From: Styela clava
Lineage: Eukaryota
Direction: 5' to 3'
Length of the DNA: 64,000 nucleotides
Assembly (NCBI RefSeq): GCF_964204865.1
Contig: NC_135256.1
Span: 11,222,001 to 11,286,000, forward strand
Position numbers and translations under genes: made by a program. This document shows, in pieces, positions 39,063 through 51,203 of the stretch. The notes below the pieces were generated by a model. It was given only the letters and a program-made list of their open reading frames with translations. It did not search any database and had not been told where the DNA came from. Position 1 is the first letter of the stretch. Each line of letters begins with the position of its first letter.

Positions 39063-39895
39063 TTTATTTCAATATTGTTGACGAGCTAAAATCGATTGGA
39101 AGTCACTGATAACTGTATGAATCCAATCGTTCTCTAGTTGTTTTTATATCGACACTCTTCACACCTTCGATGCGTGAAAAACGCATCGTGCAAAGGTTTT
39201 TTCCGCCTGTCAGAAAGGGCGAACAAAAGACGCGAGGGTGCGGACAGGCCGCGTCGGTGTTTGAAAACACCGCTTTTCGTCATAGATAATAACAAACATT
39301 GTAAATTTGATAAGTGTTAATTGTTCCAAATTGCTGACCAACCGAAAGTCAGACCTAGCAGAATCGCCACTTTTTCGGATGTCGTGATTGGGGCGAAAAT
39401 ACGGACTCACATGCATATGAATTAACAAAATACGTTCTTAATGTTCCTGTAATCTTGTCGGGGTTGCTAAGGATTTTGGTATTGAATTCCGTTCTGGGTA
39501 ATTTTATTGCGTTCTTTTGTCTGTGTGATTTGTGAGCAACTGGTGAGAAACCGCGAGAAATAATAACACACATGAGAATGCTCCATAAGATTAGAACCTG
39601 AAATGGCAAGCTTTGATATGGATCAGCTTTTTTGAAATATATATCTATCTATGTTATATATCTGTTAAATATTCAATTATTAGAATGTGCTGCAATACAG
39701 GTAATTGAATAAACATCTTGAGAATAACGCTCAATGAACTTGAAAATGAGGACGAATAATCTTCTGATGTGAATCTTCTGTTCCCCTCTAGACCTCTACT
39801 GACCCTTTCCAAGTTACACCACAATGACTTGTACTTTCATCTTGTTGTTTAAATATGTATGGTATTCTGGGATTATATACAGATATAAATTACAA

Positions 39896-40098
39896 GGTGA
39901 CCGTACATTTGAACCCACGTACATTTGAACTCGTGCGTATATCCACGGGTTCAATCTATATGCGGGTGCTAAAACCCATGGGTTAGGGTTAGTATGGGTT
40001 TAACTATCCGTGAAACAAAAAAAATTCCATAGGTGCAATATCATACAGGTGTAATTGTCATGGGTTCAAATGTACGTGGGTTCAAATGGAATGGAACC
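39896..40098. mobile_element. Mutator-like (9-bp TSD) foldback MITE
   Basis: Perfect 9-bp TSD AAATTACAA at 39887-39895 and 40099-40107. Inverted ends contain tandem CATTTGAACCCACGTACATTTGAAC / GTTCAAATGTACGTGGGTTCAAATG. Internal GGGTTAGGGTTAG. Confidence 0.85.
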
Positions 40099-40837
40099 AA
40101 ATTACAATATAAAAATACTATATTCCATAATCAAATAAATATGTATGTATGTTTATTTGCCTTCAAAATGTAACAGTATCTGCATAATTAAACAGTATAA
40201 CAAGTAGCCACTAAAGAGTTAACCATCAGGATTTCGAGCGCGGACATTTTGTGATGGTCTTGTCATAAATGAGACGTAATCATTGAAAGATATGGATTTT
40301 TGAAGCGATGCCCAACTTCCGAGTGTTCAGCTGCAAAATTCAAAATCTTATTGGGACTTTTAATTGTAAATTTTAAAATTAGCAACTCCCATTGGTTCGT
40401 ACGAATACCGACTTACAAAATATGACCACCCTTCTCGATCTTAAACGTTGGATCACGTAATCGGCCGGTTGTTTCTTCATAGTTATCTTTATATAGTTCG
40501 CTCACGTTTTTTCGTCCTTGATTATTTATGTTACACAGTTCTCTCATTAAGCTTGGGTTGTACGTCATGGTATTCTCTCAACGCGATTCCTCGGCTATCT
40601 GGCTGTAGCCTATGTCTAAGGAGGATGTAGGACGTAGGTTATCGGACTAATATGATATCGTTGTATATTGTTTGAATGTCTTGTGCCTTGAATGTATTGT
40701 GCAAGCAAAATTCACATATATAATAACATCTTGAGAAAAAATCATTTCTGTTACCAAATTTTGATTTTTAGTTATCATCACAACTTTTTTAATTTATCCT
40801 CGACTAAAATAGCGCCCGACACTCGACCAGGCGTGTG

Positions 40838-41038
40838 TCGCGCTTGGGCGATATGAACGGATTCATCAGCGATTCGAAATCCAAGATATATGTATTTCAT
40901 CAGAAGCGCAAAATAAATGTGGCAAACGCTCGTCCCTGATTAATAAATCCGAAATACAAAAATTGACGCACGGAGCCGAAGAGCGAGACCTAGGGATTCA
41001 AATCCGCCGGATTCGGTATTCCATATCGCCCATCCCTA
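40838..41038. mobile_element. Short hAT-like MITE (TAGGGATGGGCGATATG-type end)
   Basis: Inverted TGGGCGATATG (40845-40855) and CATATCGCCCA (41022-41032), followed by TCCCTA. The left end is decayed. Confidence 0.5.
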
Positions 41039-43321
41039 TTTGGGAATATCTGAATTCTTACTTTTGTGCTATAATTCTGGTATATATCTTTGATTACCAT
41101 CCAATTAATGCAATCACAGAACAGCAGAAATACTCTGCCCCTACTCCACTTTGATAATTTATGGTACCGACGCAGAGATGATTGGCGGATGCCACGACCC
41201 CTTAATTTATCAGATTCAGATTCATATAATTTATTTTCGTCGTGCATGAAACATTGTAACACAAACAATACTAAATCAAGGCAAAAGAAAAAAAACAGAT
41301 ACACGATGTTTCAACTGCAATTAACGAGGAGTCACGAAAGACTGTAAAGTCATCGTGTCAGCGACACCATAAATGCTGAGTTCAGCAGCAGATGACGTCA
41401 AAAAACGTCAAATAATTTAGCTAGATTTGAATACGTACAGAGGAAAATTAGGAAACGTAAATCGAAACGAGAGAGTAAGTATAAAGAGAAATGTTTAAAT
41501 TTGAAATTATGAATGGACTCGAGAGAGTTGGGAGATCCTAATGCCTAAGTATATCTTTTCCGTTCTTTCAACCAACAAAACCATTCCAAATACGCAAATA
41601 AACTCAAACGGAAATCCTTTTCCGTGGGTTTCAAAATATAGCAAACTGATGATGTAGTAACGCATCACTCATGCGTAGCGAACCGGCCGTGAGCGAACTA
41701 TATTTAGTAAACTATGGTTTCTTCCTTCGAAATCCAAGTTTCCTTCTGTGAAAACCAACGACTAACATACCGGTGAAAACATTACCCGGTTGACCTTATT
41801 TGCGACCTAGGCTGGTAACTGGGCGGTAGGCAGTGGTTTACCAGTTTATTTGATCGCCTTTCTTTTATCCGGGTTGTCACCATCTTGTTCAAACGTCTTT
41901 CAGTTATCCGTTGTGAAAATGTATATCCTATTACAAAATATTCACTTCTGCCCAAACATACCAGCACTTTGCCGAGTTCGTACAGTCGAAGGCATAATTC
42001 AAATCTTTTACATTTCCAACTCCGTGCACCGCAGAAGGAAATTCATTGCTTGAATAAATAGAATGGGCGTCGAGGGCTAGAGGCTGTGCCCTTCGTTAAT
42101 AAACGGCGGGCACAGTATTTCTCAGTGTTTAGCTTCTTCGTGCAAAACGAGCATAACATTTCAGCATTTGAAAAATATCATATATATTGCCGAGTTCATC
42201 ATCTCATCTTCTAAACAGATCTTCTAATTTCAATGGTTGAGTTAGTCTATATAATTTCAGAATTTGAGCTTACGATGACCCATCTCAGCATGTTGATATT
42301 TACTGAGATATGCCCGCCCCGAGACAAACAAGAGACTGATGGCTGTGGTTCGCTGTATAATTCGTAGGATGGGTTGAAATTCAGAGAAAAAGCAGAAAAA
42401 TATATATATGCTTAATAATTTTAAATAATAATAAATAAAATAATGAAATGTCTCGTATACTTAGTTTTTTTTAATTTTATTCTACATAAATATATCGTAC
42501 CGGTACGGTAACTCAATATACTGATATACTAAAATTTGATTGAATGGAAAGAAGATGTGATCAACAACTCAAACACTGATGGAATGAACATATGATAAAT
42601 GAATAACGGATTTACTCAATGATTGTTATGTTTATGTACTTTTGGTTACGGTATATTTTATTACAGTATTATATTATCTTCCTAAAAAAAAACAGAAAAG
42701 TAAATTTTATACGTGTAATACTGTAATAAGATCTATCAAATCCATGCATCTGAAACAATTACGTACCTCACTAACTAATCCTATACCGTAAACGACATAG
42801 TTAGGTGGTCTTATCGACTTTCATCTCCCCATGATAAATTTTTGAATCCTAATTCTATCGATTTATATGCTTGCCATATATGTTATTGCTAAATTTTTTG
42901 TATTCATACCCAATGCCCACCACCTTACCCTTGGTGTAATACATTTGGTAGGTCAGTAGGTAGTGTCAAACTTGAAAATAGCCTGTCCAGAATTGAACAC
43001 CTGATAATATATGCTTGGCTTCTTAAGGTGTAGTCTATCTGACCATGCGGAAATTGGAGCGAAATTGAAATTGACATCAATAGATGTTTTTTTAGATTAG
43101 AGTGATTACAAAATTGTATTGAAAGATGTGAATCTTATTTATTCAGTCTAATTATGATTATTTAAAACTGTTGAAAAAATTACTATAGAGGTTTGTTGCA
43201 ACAGATGAGACTTCTTATAGAAACAAAAAATTACTAAATATTAGGGTAAATATTGTGTAATTTCACTTATCGTATTTTTTTGCTGTTTTTATAGTAATTG
43301 ATTAAAAACAAATTTGGCAAT

Positions 43322-44128
43322 ATGGAGACAAAATGTCATGGGGATCTTGAGAATCTATTAAATGGATTTAAAAATAAAGTGAATCGAGCGGAAGAAGGAT
43401 TAAAGATGATGGATGTTTTATACTACTCAGTTGATGGAAAATACACACTGACAGAAATTTCAAACGATTTGGTCGATTTAGGTGCCATGTGTGAAGCTAT
43501 TCGTTCGAAAATAGATCAAGAGAAAGATAAATTGGCAGAAATTCAGAAAAAGCGAGAACGTTTAAATGAAGTTCGTCAAAGACTGAACCATATGTGTTAT
43601 CATCTTCCCGAGACCACTACACCAGTCTATCAAAATGCTCCAATCAATTTTACTGCTATTCAGAGTACTCGTACAGTTGACATAGAGAGCTCAAAAGTGG
43701 AAGACAAAGAAAATCTAAAACCAGACAAAAAATCAAAAGGAGTGAAAATTATTCGTTCTTTACAAGAAAATGATTTTGAACATATTCCGAAACATGTGAA
43801 AGGCCATCTTTCTATGGAACAAATAAATTCAGGAATAGGAGAAGTAAATCATATATTGGAAAAAAAATATGAATTCTTGAAGAGGCCTCGTAAAACATTA
43901 AGCCGTGCTGATGAGAAGAAACGGAGTATTTATCTCGAGATGGGAAAAGACTTGAAGGGAACAATCTTTGAGATATTTTTCATGGATTCTGATGTTCAAA
44001 GTTATGGAACTGTTCTGAAATCACGACCCAAATCTAGAGAAACGGTATTCCTCGTGTTGCGACATCTGGGCAAAATGAAGGAAATACGGAAAGGAAAGCC
44101 TCCAAGATATTGCATTGTTGGCGGTTGA
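43322..44128 (+). CDS. SKA1: Spindle and kinetochore-associated protein 1; single coding exon
   Basis: First ATG at 43322, after the acceptor TTTTTATAG (43294). N-terminal coiled coil. C-terminal microtubule-binding domain F..IP..VKG.L..EQIN....VN..L..KY..L..P.K....LRHLG.MKEIR.G..RY.IV. Confidence 0.9.
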   Translation: METKCHGDLENLLNGFKNKVNRAEEGLKMMDVLYYSVDGKYTLTEISNDLVDLGAMCEAIRSKIDQEKDKLAEIQKKRERLNEVRQRLNHMCYHLPETTTPVYQNAPINFTAIQSTRTVDIESSKVEDKENLKPDKKSKGVKIIRSLQENDFEHIPKHVKGHLSMEQINSGIGEVNHILEKKYEFLKRPRKTLSRADEKKRSIYLEMGKDLKGTIFEIFFMDSDVQSYGTVLKSRPKSRETVFLVLRHLGKMKEIRKGKPPRYCIVGG

Positions 44129-44954
44129 TTTACTGCATCGAATTTTTGTGTATTGAAGATTTGAATGGATTCCTTTAAACTGTGGAAAAGTTGCATATAT
44201 CGCATCAGGGTGGAAAAATATTTCTTGACTTTTGAAATATAAAGAGAAGTCGCATTGTTAATATTAGGTCTTATTTTTTTCAAATTAATTTAGAATGCCA
44301 AATTTCCATAGAAATTTAGTTGCACAATTTGAAGCTGAATAATTTTAATAAAGATATAGATATATCCTCACATATAAGCTGACCTCCTGAAACAGCCTTG
44401 AAGCGGTATATTTATAAAAATTCACGGTGTTCCAGAATGAGGATATGCGGGGGAATGTGAAAGTGACGAAATGACATTTTGTCTGTATTTGTTAAAGGCA
44501 CTTGAATAGTCAATTTTTTACAAAATCATTCCCTACAAAATATCTCATTTCACAAAAACACAATTTCTGTTGTAAGAGTTGGTTAGGTAACATACCGGGT
44601 AGGCCTACTAGTTTTTTATGAGAGAATCGTTGAAATAGATATAACCTTTCAAATCAAATTATTCGGAACAGCCGATCATAATATTTTGATGAAAAAATAA
44701 ATATTTATATATGGTTTTCACGTCCATAGATTGAAATCAATCATTTTGTTAGTAGATTACTTTTTTAATACAGCTATAAATGACACTGCCAATGTTTTTA
44801 AGAATTATTAACACTTTCACGTCGCTGCATTATTACGTGCTTTCTGCAGTTTCATGTCTTGTATAGCATGTTTTAAATATGACCTTTTTTATTACTTTCT
44901 CCAGCCATATTATAGTAGCATAGATAGTGTAAATATATCTTCAAATTATTGATC

Positions 44955-47900
44955 ATGGCAGATTATGATGAACCAATCTCTGATGACGAAAAGGTATTAT
45001 TTTTTTAAATAGCATACTATTCTTTGTTAATAATGGTAGCCATACTTACCTTTAAAAATATGATATTGAAATCAAAGAATCTTGACGAGTTTTATTAGTT
45101 TTTAGTGATATCAATTTATTGCAGTAAACAATTTGGACCAGTCAAGAAAATCCAAAGTATTATGAATATATATATATAATTCCATCATTGTTTGATCTTC
45201 TTTTCGTTTCAAACTTGTTTAGTTAATACCTGTCCTACAAATATACATTATATTTTTTCTTAGGTTAGAATTGTAAAGAGCTTTTTAACTCATGCTCCAC
45301 CTGGAGAATTTGCTGAGGTTTTCAATGGTAAGTCACTATCACATCTAAAATTAGGATAAGATTTTACATATTTATCATTGCGTAGACTCTATCTTAATCA
45401 TATGACAAACCATGGCCTCTTGTCCGGTCACCAGTCCATGTTGGGTATGGGAACAATAATAATAGTTTGCCAGGTATTTGTTTCAGATGCATGCACTTGA
45501 TGACGAAGAAAGCCATAACTCTCGCACATAATTATCTCCACATGATTTGAACCTGCGAACCCACGCAGGGTAATCGGATGTGCGACCCCGAGCATATTTA
45601 TAACGCTTATCATAATACGTCCGGTCACCAGTCCATGTTGGGTATGGGAACAATAATAATAGTTTGCCAGGTATTTGTTTCAGATGCATGCACTTGATGA
45701 CGAAGAAAGCCATAACTCTCGCACATAATTATCTCCACATGATTTGAACCTGCGAACCCACGCAGGGTAATCGGATGTGCGACCCCGAGCATATTTATAA
45801 CGCTTATCATAATACGCAACACAACGTCGAAGTGTTCACCATTTGTTTTTTTTTGTAATATTTTTTTGTAGTATTTGTTCTGATTGTATCATTTTTTCAT
45901 ACGTAGGAAGGTAAGAATGTCTGCTGAGAAGCTTTACTTATTGAAATTTAAATAATATTATTGATATGATTAGTCAATGGTACATTTTGTTCATAATGAA
46001 TGTTGCCTATATGGAGATATGCATTATGTTGTTCTCACCATAAGACAGGAAAATAAGTCATTAAATGATTTATAGCAGGAACAATCTTTGTTGTGTATTT
46101 CAGATGTGAGAATTCTTCTCAGCAATGATACATTACTGAAGGAAAAGGCTGCATCGTAAGTTGGGTCAAACGTCTGTAATAATAATTTATTCAATCTATT
46201 TTTTACATTAGTAACTTGGATTAGGAAAATATGGTACATATTCAGCTGCTCGTTTCTGTGCCGAGCATTCTTATCAAATAATATGCCATTGTTCCATCTA
46301 CTTATAGTTGTAAATTCTCAAATTACTAAACTTGTATTGGGCCTTGCGAGTGTCGAATATTTAGGATAGGATTTTTACATTTTAACCTGCGGTAGAGGAA
46401 AGCTGACTGGACGATCATATGACGAACCACGGCCTCTCGTTCTGTCGTCATGTTGGGTATGGGATTAGTTGGCCAGTTATTTGCTTTCAGATGCATGGAC
46501 TTGATGATGGAGGAAGCTGTAATCGAACAGGGGTTACATGAACCACCCTGCAGCGACAAGGAGTCCAGCAATCTTCTTGCACATATTTAATCCCATACGA
46601 TTCACACCTGAGAGGTGAGGTGGCAAGCGTATTTCTAAAACTTAGCACTGTGCGCCGCACTGCCGAGTCGAATTCTGATATCAATCATATACTTGTTAAC
46701 TATTTTATCATGAACCAACTATTGTCACAAACCGACTTTTGTTCAGAGCGTTTGTCAAATACAACACTGATCAGTTTATACCAGCAGTTGTGGAAGGTGT
46801 GAAGGATCCTGTCCTGATAACATCTCATGGTGAAGCCGAAAATGGGAAATACGTTGATCCACGTTCAAAAAAATCATTCAGGTATGTAATGTTAACTGTT
46901 CAAATGGATACTAACAGAATTGATTTTATGACTGACAAATGCAATTTGCCGTGTTTCTCCTTATATAAATGTAATCTTCAAAAATTGGGGTGTGTTATTA
47001 TGCATTAGTGTAGAAAAATATCAATTATCAATTTGATTCAAAAGTTTAAGCTTGAGGCATTGGTATTGTTGGGCACAAATATAAGGCTATGCTTATAAAA
47101 TATCGTTTTGTGGCTTTTTCCGCTCCAATGAAAAATAAAATCTTCCTGTTTAGATATGATCATTTAAGGAACGCAGTATCAGAGATATGTGATCATGATG
47201 AACTCGATGGTGAGAAATGGAGATTGGCTGTTGATGAAGCATTCCGACCTTATATTGAGGAGCATTATCCACATGGAGCTTATGCTGTGAGTAAATCGAG
47301 TATAATCAACTAGCTATTCTCTTAGAATTTCCTAATTGTTGAATGATGTTTTCGTTCCGATATCGATATTGGCAAATAAGATTGCTGTTACATATTTTTA
47401 TGGAGTTTGATTTTAGACCTAACTATGACGACATCGCATCTCTGGTTCTATGTTGATGTCCATCACCTCACCCAGGATGTAATAAACTAAAAATATTCTG
47501 CGCCTTCTAAAACCAGTGGTTCTCAAACGGTGGAACGTGCACCACAAAGGAAGCGTAGACAATTTTTTGAGGGGTCGTGAAGCTGATTAAAAATTAATAT
47601 ATTTGTTGGATTTGGTCTTGCTCGTCTTACTTTGGATATTTACATTTCTTAATTTTAGATATTTACGTTTTATCCAAGTACTTCCAATGTGTTTTTTGAA
47701 TGAAACATACTTTCGCCTTACTATCTGTTATTTGTAGCTTATTGTTAGCTTGTAATTTTAGGTGAGAGGGAGAGACTTGAAAAATTCTGAAACGGGGGCG
47801 TGGCTTAAAAAGTTTGAGAACCACTGCTCATGCAGAGCCTTGTTCAGAGGAAAAGTAATATAGATATGTTGTATAAAAATATATCGATTTTCCCTATTTT

Positions 47901-50900
47901 GCATTTTTCGATAGAATGTTGAAAAAATCTGATAAGTGCTTGTTTTGGGTTGTGCCAGACTGTTCTGTCACTGTCGAAAACGTTATTAATACTGCGATTA
48001 CATTTGCCAAACTTGTATGTGCCATATTTTGTCAGGTTTACAGCAAATTAGATAATGGATCTGTAGTTTTAACGGTGTGCATAGAAGATCACAAATATGA
48101 GCCACTCAATTTTTGGAATGGACGTTGGAGGTCTGAATGGTGTGTCACTATTGATGAAAATGGTGGAAATGCTCAGATTGTTGGAATCTTAAAGAACCAG
48201 GTTAGTGGCACGTTGATGGCAATGTAGCATTTGTTCTCTCACAAATGACATTTGATGGTCTTACTGAAGACTGCTAACTTTGAAAATAAATTTTTATTTA
48301 TGATTTTTTACCTGAAACCACTTTTCTTTTGTAATATAGCACAGCACAGCAATCTTTGCTTTTACAATATATACAGGGTGTCCAAAAAATTTCGCTCTAT
48401 TCTATAAAATAACAATGAAAGATTTCTTTGTTCATTATAGTTCTCATTTATCATACAATAGAATTTATTTAAAATTGGTATTGTATGAAATTGGGTAACA
48501 TTTTTTGGACACCTGTATTACATAATTCAATTTGCATATGGTAATTACTTTACATGTAATGTAATAACATATGCTGTTTTCATTACAATTATGAGTTAAC
48601 TAACATGTATTAGTCAGTCAGTTGCAATGATTTTTCCTAATTTCCATGTTTCCAAGCACGGGCCATGCATTGATGAAGAACCTGTTAGCTGGTTATTCCA
48701 CCAAGCAATTGAATTATAAATGAATCAATGTTGCTGACATGGTGAATCAGAAACAAAATTTATTTGACTTTGCAACTTTTACTTGAAACAATAGCTGTCC
48801 GGGTCATGTCATGTCTATCATATTTTCATGATGCATGCCTTGAGGCATGGCTTATGGAAAATCCCACAGAGTAAATCATATTTTTGTGTGCTTGTTGTTA
48901 ATTGTGATTGGAATTATCCGTGTTTTTGAAAAAAAAATCATTTTAGAGACCAATAGTTTTCTATGTGGCTTATACTGTTACATTCCTTTGTAATTGGGCT
49001 GTCCCTTGCCCTTGACTTTTGGACGCTCCAGAAGTATGTGTACCATTGTGGAGGTAACTGAACTTGTTCACCTACTTTACATCAAGTTGTGTGAAGGGAC
49101 TGAAACCTATGATATATTCACTTCGCTAACACAGATAGTCCCCAAACTCATAGTAGAACTAAAATAAGGTAAATCGGAATACAATTATGGTCTAACCCTA
49201 ATCTGGTACACACACTACTGGAGTACCTACTTTTGTAATATTTTATCATTTAACAGGTTCATTATTATGAAGATGGAAATGTTCAACTCGTCAGTCAAAA
49301 GGAATGTAAAGACAACACTTCTGCATCTGTATGTATCTTATGTTTATATGCACCAATAAATCTGATTTTATTGTTATTTTATGCCTTCCAATTCATGGCA
49401 TACAATATATGGTTTATGCAAAAAAAAATCATGTATCATGAACTAAGATTATGATTATTATTTTCTCTTCTTTTTTTTTCAGAATGAGCGTCAGCTGGCC
49501 AAGGACCTCTTGAAACTTGTGTCAAAAGCAGAAAGTGACTATCAGGTTTGTGTGTATTCTTGTAACACAGTATAAGCTTTCATACAGTTCAGGGTGGTCC
49601 AAGGTTGCGAGATTGAAGGGCCGAAAAAACTTTTGAGGAGGTCTCTCGGGCCACAGTCGGAGAAAACCCAAAAGTTATCAAACATCGCGAGTTTACTCAC
49701 TTTAAATACATTTAAAAATGAGAGTTTATCGTTCCAATCAGTTTTTAAAAGAAACTATATAAAGCCATTTTTTGTGGTATTTTCGGTATCTTTTCTCGTG
49801 TTTGGTTTTGTAATGTCGCTTAAAATTATATTCTTTCTTGGCAAATATTAAATAAAAACACACCAGACACTGTGGTTTAACGTTGTTGTGGGTAAGGAAA
49901 TACACTTCCTTCCAGTTTACATCGGTCACCCTTTTTCTACACTCATTGTATGATGAATTTATTATTTGTAGCATGAGCAGGCCTAGTGCTACCGTCAAAA
50001 AACAACCAAGTTCGTCTAGGTTGGGACCTGGGACCCAGATAAAAAAAAATTGGATCGTGCGGCGCCAAATCAGCTCTGCGGTTCGTCACTGCTGTCACAT
50101 GGCCAATGTTTGAAAATAGAGGAGTGTTTTGACTAAAAAAAGGCACAAAACGTCACTTCAAATGAGGTGTTACTTGACTTGACGCGAGCTCATCTCATCG
50201 GCTCGGTCCTGTCTGCACAAGAAAATTCATTCTCCTTTTACCGATCACAGAACGTCATTCCCATATAGCCACTGTTTTTACATTTATAGAAACAACATTG
50301 AAATTCCGTGATTTTAACAAACATCAATCCCGACATCGGGATTAGGATAAAAACTATTGCCAGTTGAAATAGTTCAAAAATAAATCAAAATTGTTCTGCT
50401 AATAAATACAAATATCTGCCAATGGTTTAGTAGTGTAAGCTAGAATTGTTCTGCGGGCCGCAATTTGGACCACCCTGTGATATAGTTAATTGCATATTAA
50501 GAACCGGTATTTCATAAATATTACAGAAGATCACTTTGGTGGATTATAAAGACTTATATTCATAAAAGTACCTATATTTTGATGCCTATATTTGTTGAAA
50601 CAAGCAATTTGAGCTATCAACATGAACACCAATGATGCTTCTTATTTTTGAGTCTTAAATTAATTTTAGAAAATACAAAATTATGATAGATGTATTGGAT
50701 CTCCCCTGTAGGAGAGAGAGAGCCTTATTCACAGTCTTTCTGTCTCGCTACAGCGTCAAAACAGCTGGGCTGATCTGGATGGAAATCATCACATGGGTTA
50801 TCCTGTCATTCTAATAATGTGCGTTTCACCCGAAGTCCAGATTGACGTTTCGTTTTCAAAGCAGCAGCGAAAAAAATGCGCCAATTTTCGCCATTTTTTT

Positions 50901-51203
50901 TACCAACTTAGTTAAAAATTTAAATTCCGATAACGCTAACCTCCACAGAAAAACCACCCCCTATTGTGGGTCTTGAGTATTAGCAGAGATCTTGTTCGCC
51001 TACTGCTGCCGGATTGTTTTATCTCTTTACTTGCAATATTGTAAACATTTTTCATATCAATACAGGAAGCAATTTCAGCAAACTATCATACCATGTCGGA
51101 GACGACATTCAAGGCATTGCGTCGACAACTCCCTATCACCCGTGCCAAGGTTGATTGGAACAAGATTCTTGGATACAAAATTGGCAAAGAACTGTCTAAA
51201 TGA
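44955..51203 (+). CDS. CAPZA: F-actin capping protein subunit alpha; 9 coding exons
   Basis: Exons 44955-44993, 45264-45327, 46104-46155, 46747-46881, 47154-47286, 48036-48200, 49257-49328, 49483-49545 and 51066-51203 are all GT-AG and in frame. Motifs [36 protein letters not shown] and [19 protein letters not shown] at 51271. Confidence 0.97.
45351..45830 (-). mobile_element. tRNA-derived SINE with an internal 197-bp tandem duplication (CAPZA intron 2)
   Basis: Minus-strand B-box GGTTCAAATC. Core ATGTTGGGTATGGGA..TTTCAGATGCATG.ACTTGATGA is shared with 46362-46668. 45422-45618 equals 45619-45815 by eye. Confidence 0.8.
46362..46668 (-). mobile_element. tRNA-derived SINE, near full length (CAPZA intron 3)
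   Basis: Minus-strand A-box-like GGCGCACAGTGCTAAG, degenerate B-box GGTGTGAATCG, shared core and ATCCTATCCTA tail. Confidence 0.7.
47514..47826. mobile_element. hAT (Charlie-like) MITE in CAPZA intron 5
   Basis: Perfect 15-bp TIRs CAGTGGTTCTCAAAC / GTTTGAGAACCACTG. A second copy lies at 8647. No intact TSD. Confidence 0.85.
48374..48515. mobile_element. Tc1/mariner-type MITE in CAPZA intron 6
   Basis: TA|CAGGGTGTCCAAAAAA...TTTTTTGGACACCTG|TA: TIRs with one indel and a TA TSD. Confidence 0.8.
49021..49227. mobile_element. MITE with about 24-bp imperfect TIRs, possibly Mutator-like
   Basis: GGACGCTCCAGAAGTATGTGTACCA versus TGGTACACACACTACTGGAGTACC. ACTTTTG on both flanks. Internal CTAACCCTAA. 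Confidence 0.55.
49590..50477 (-). mobile_element. Internally deleted hAT (Buster/Charlie, GTF2IRD2-like) transposon in CAPZA intron 8
   Basis: Perfect 13-bp TIRs CAGGGTGGTCCAA / TTGGACCACCCTG. Minus-strand BED-finger remnant W..YFL....KPQCLVC....[14 protein letters not shown] (49738-49998). Confidence 0.88.

Noticed and set aside
45530-45620. tRNA gene suggested by the B-box GGTTCAAATC
   Set aside because: No acceptor stem or cloverleaf; it is a SINE head.
45422-45816. CRISPR-like or coding repeat (identical short ORFs at 45428 and 45625)
   Set aside because: Two adjacent 197-bp units with no spacers, inside a SINE in a eukaryotic intron.
49301-49311. GGAATGTAAAG resembling miR-1
   Set aside because: Only an 11-nt match, inside a CAPZA coding exon, with no hairpin.
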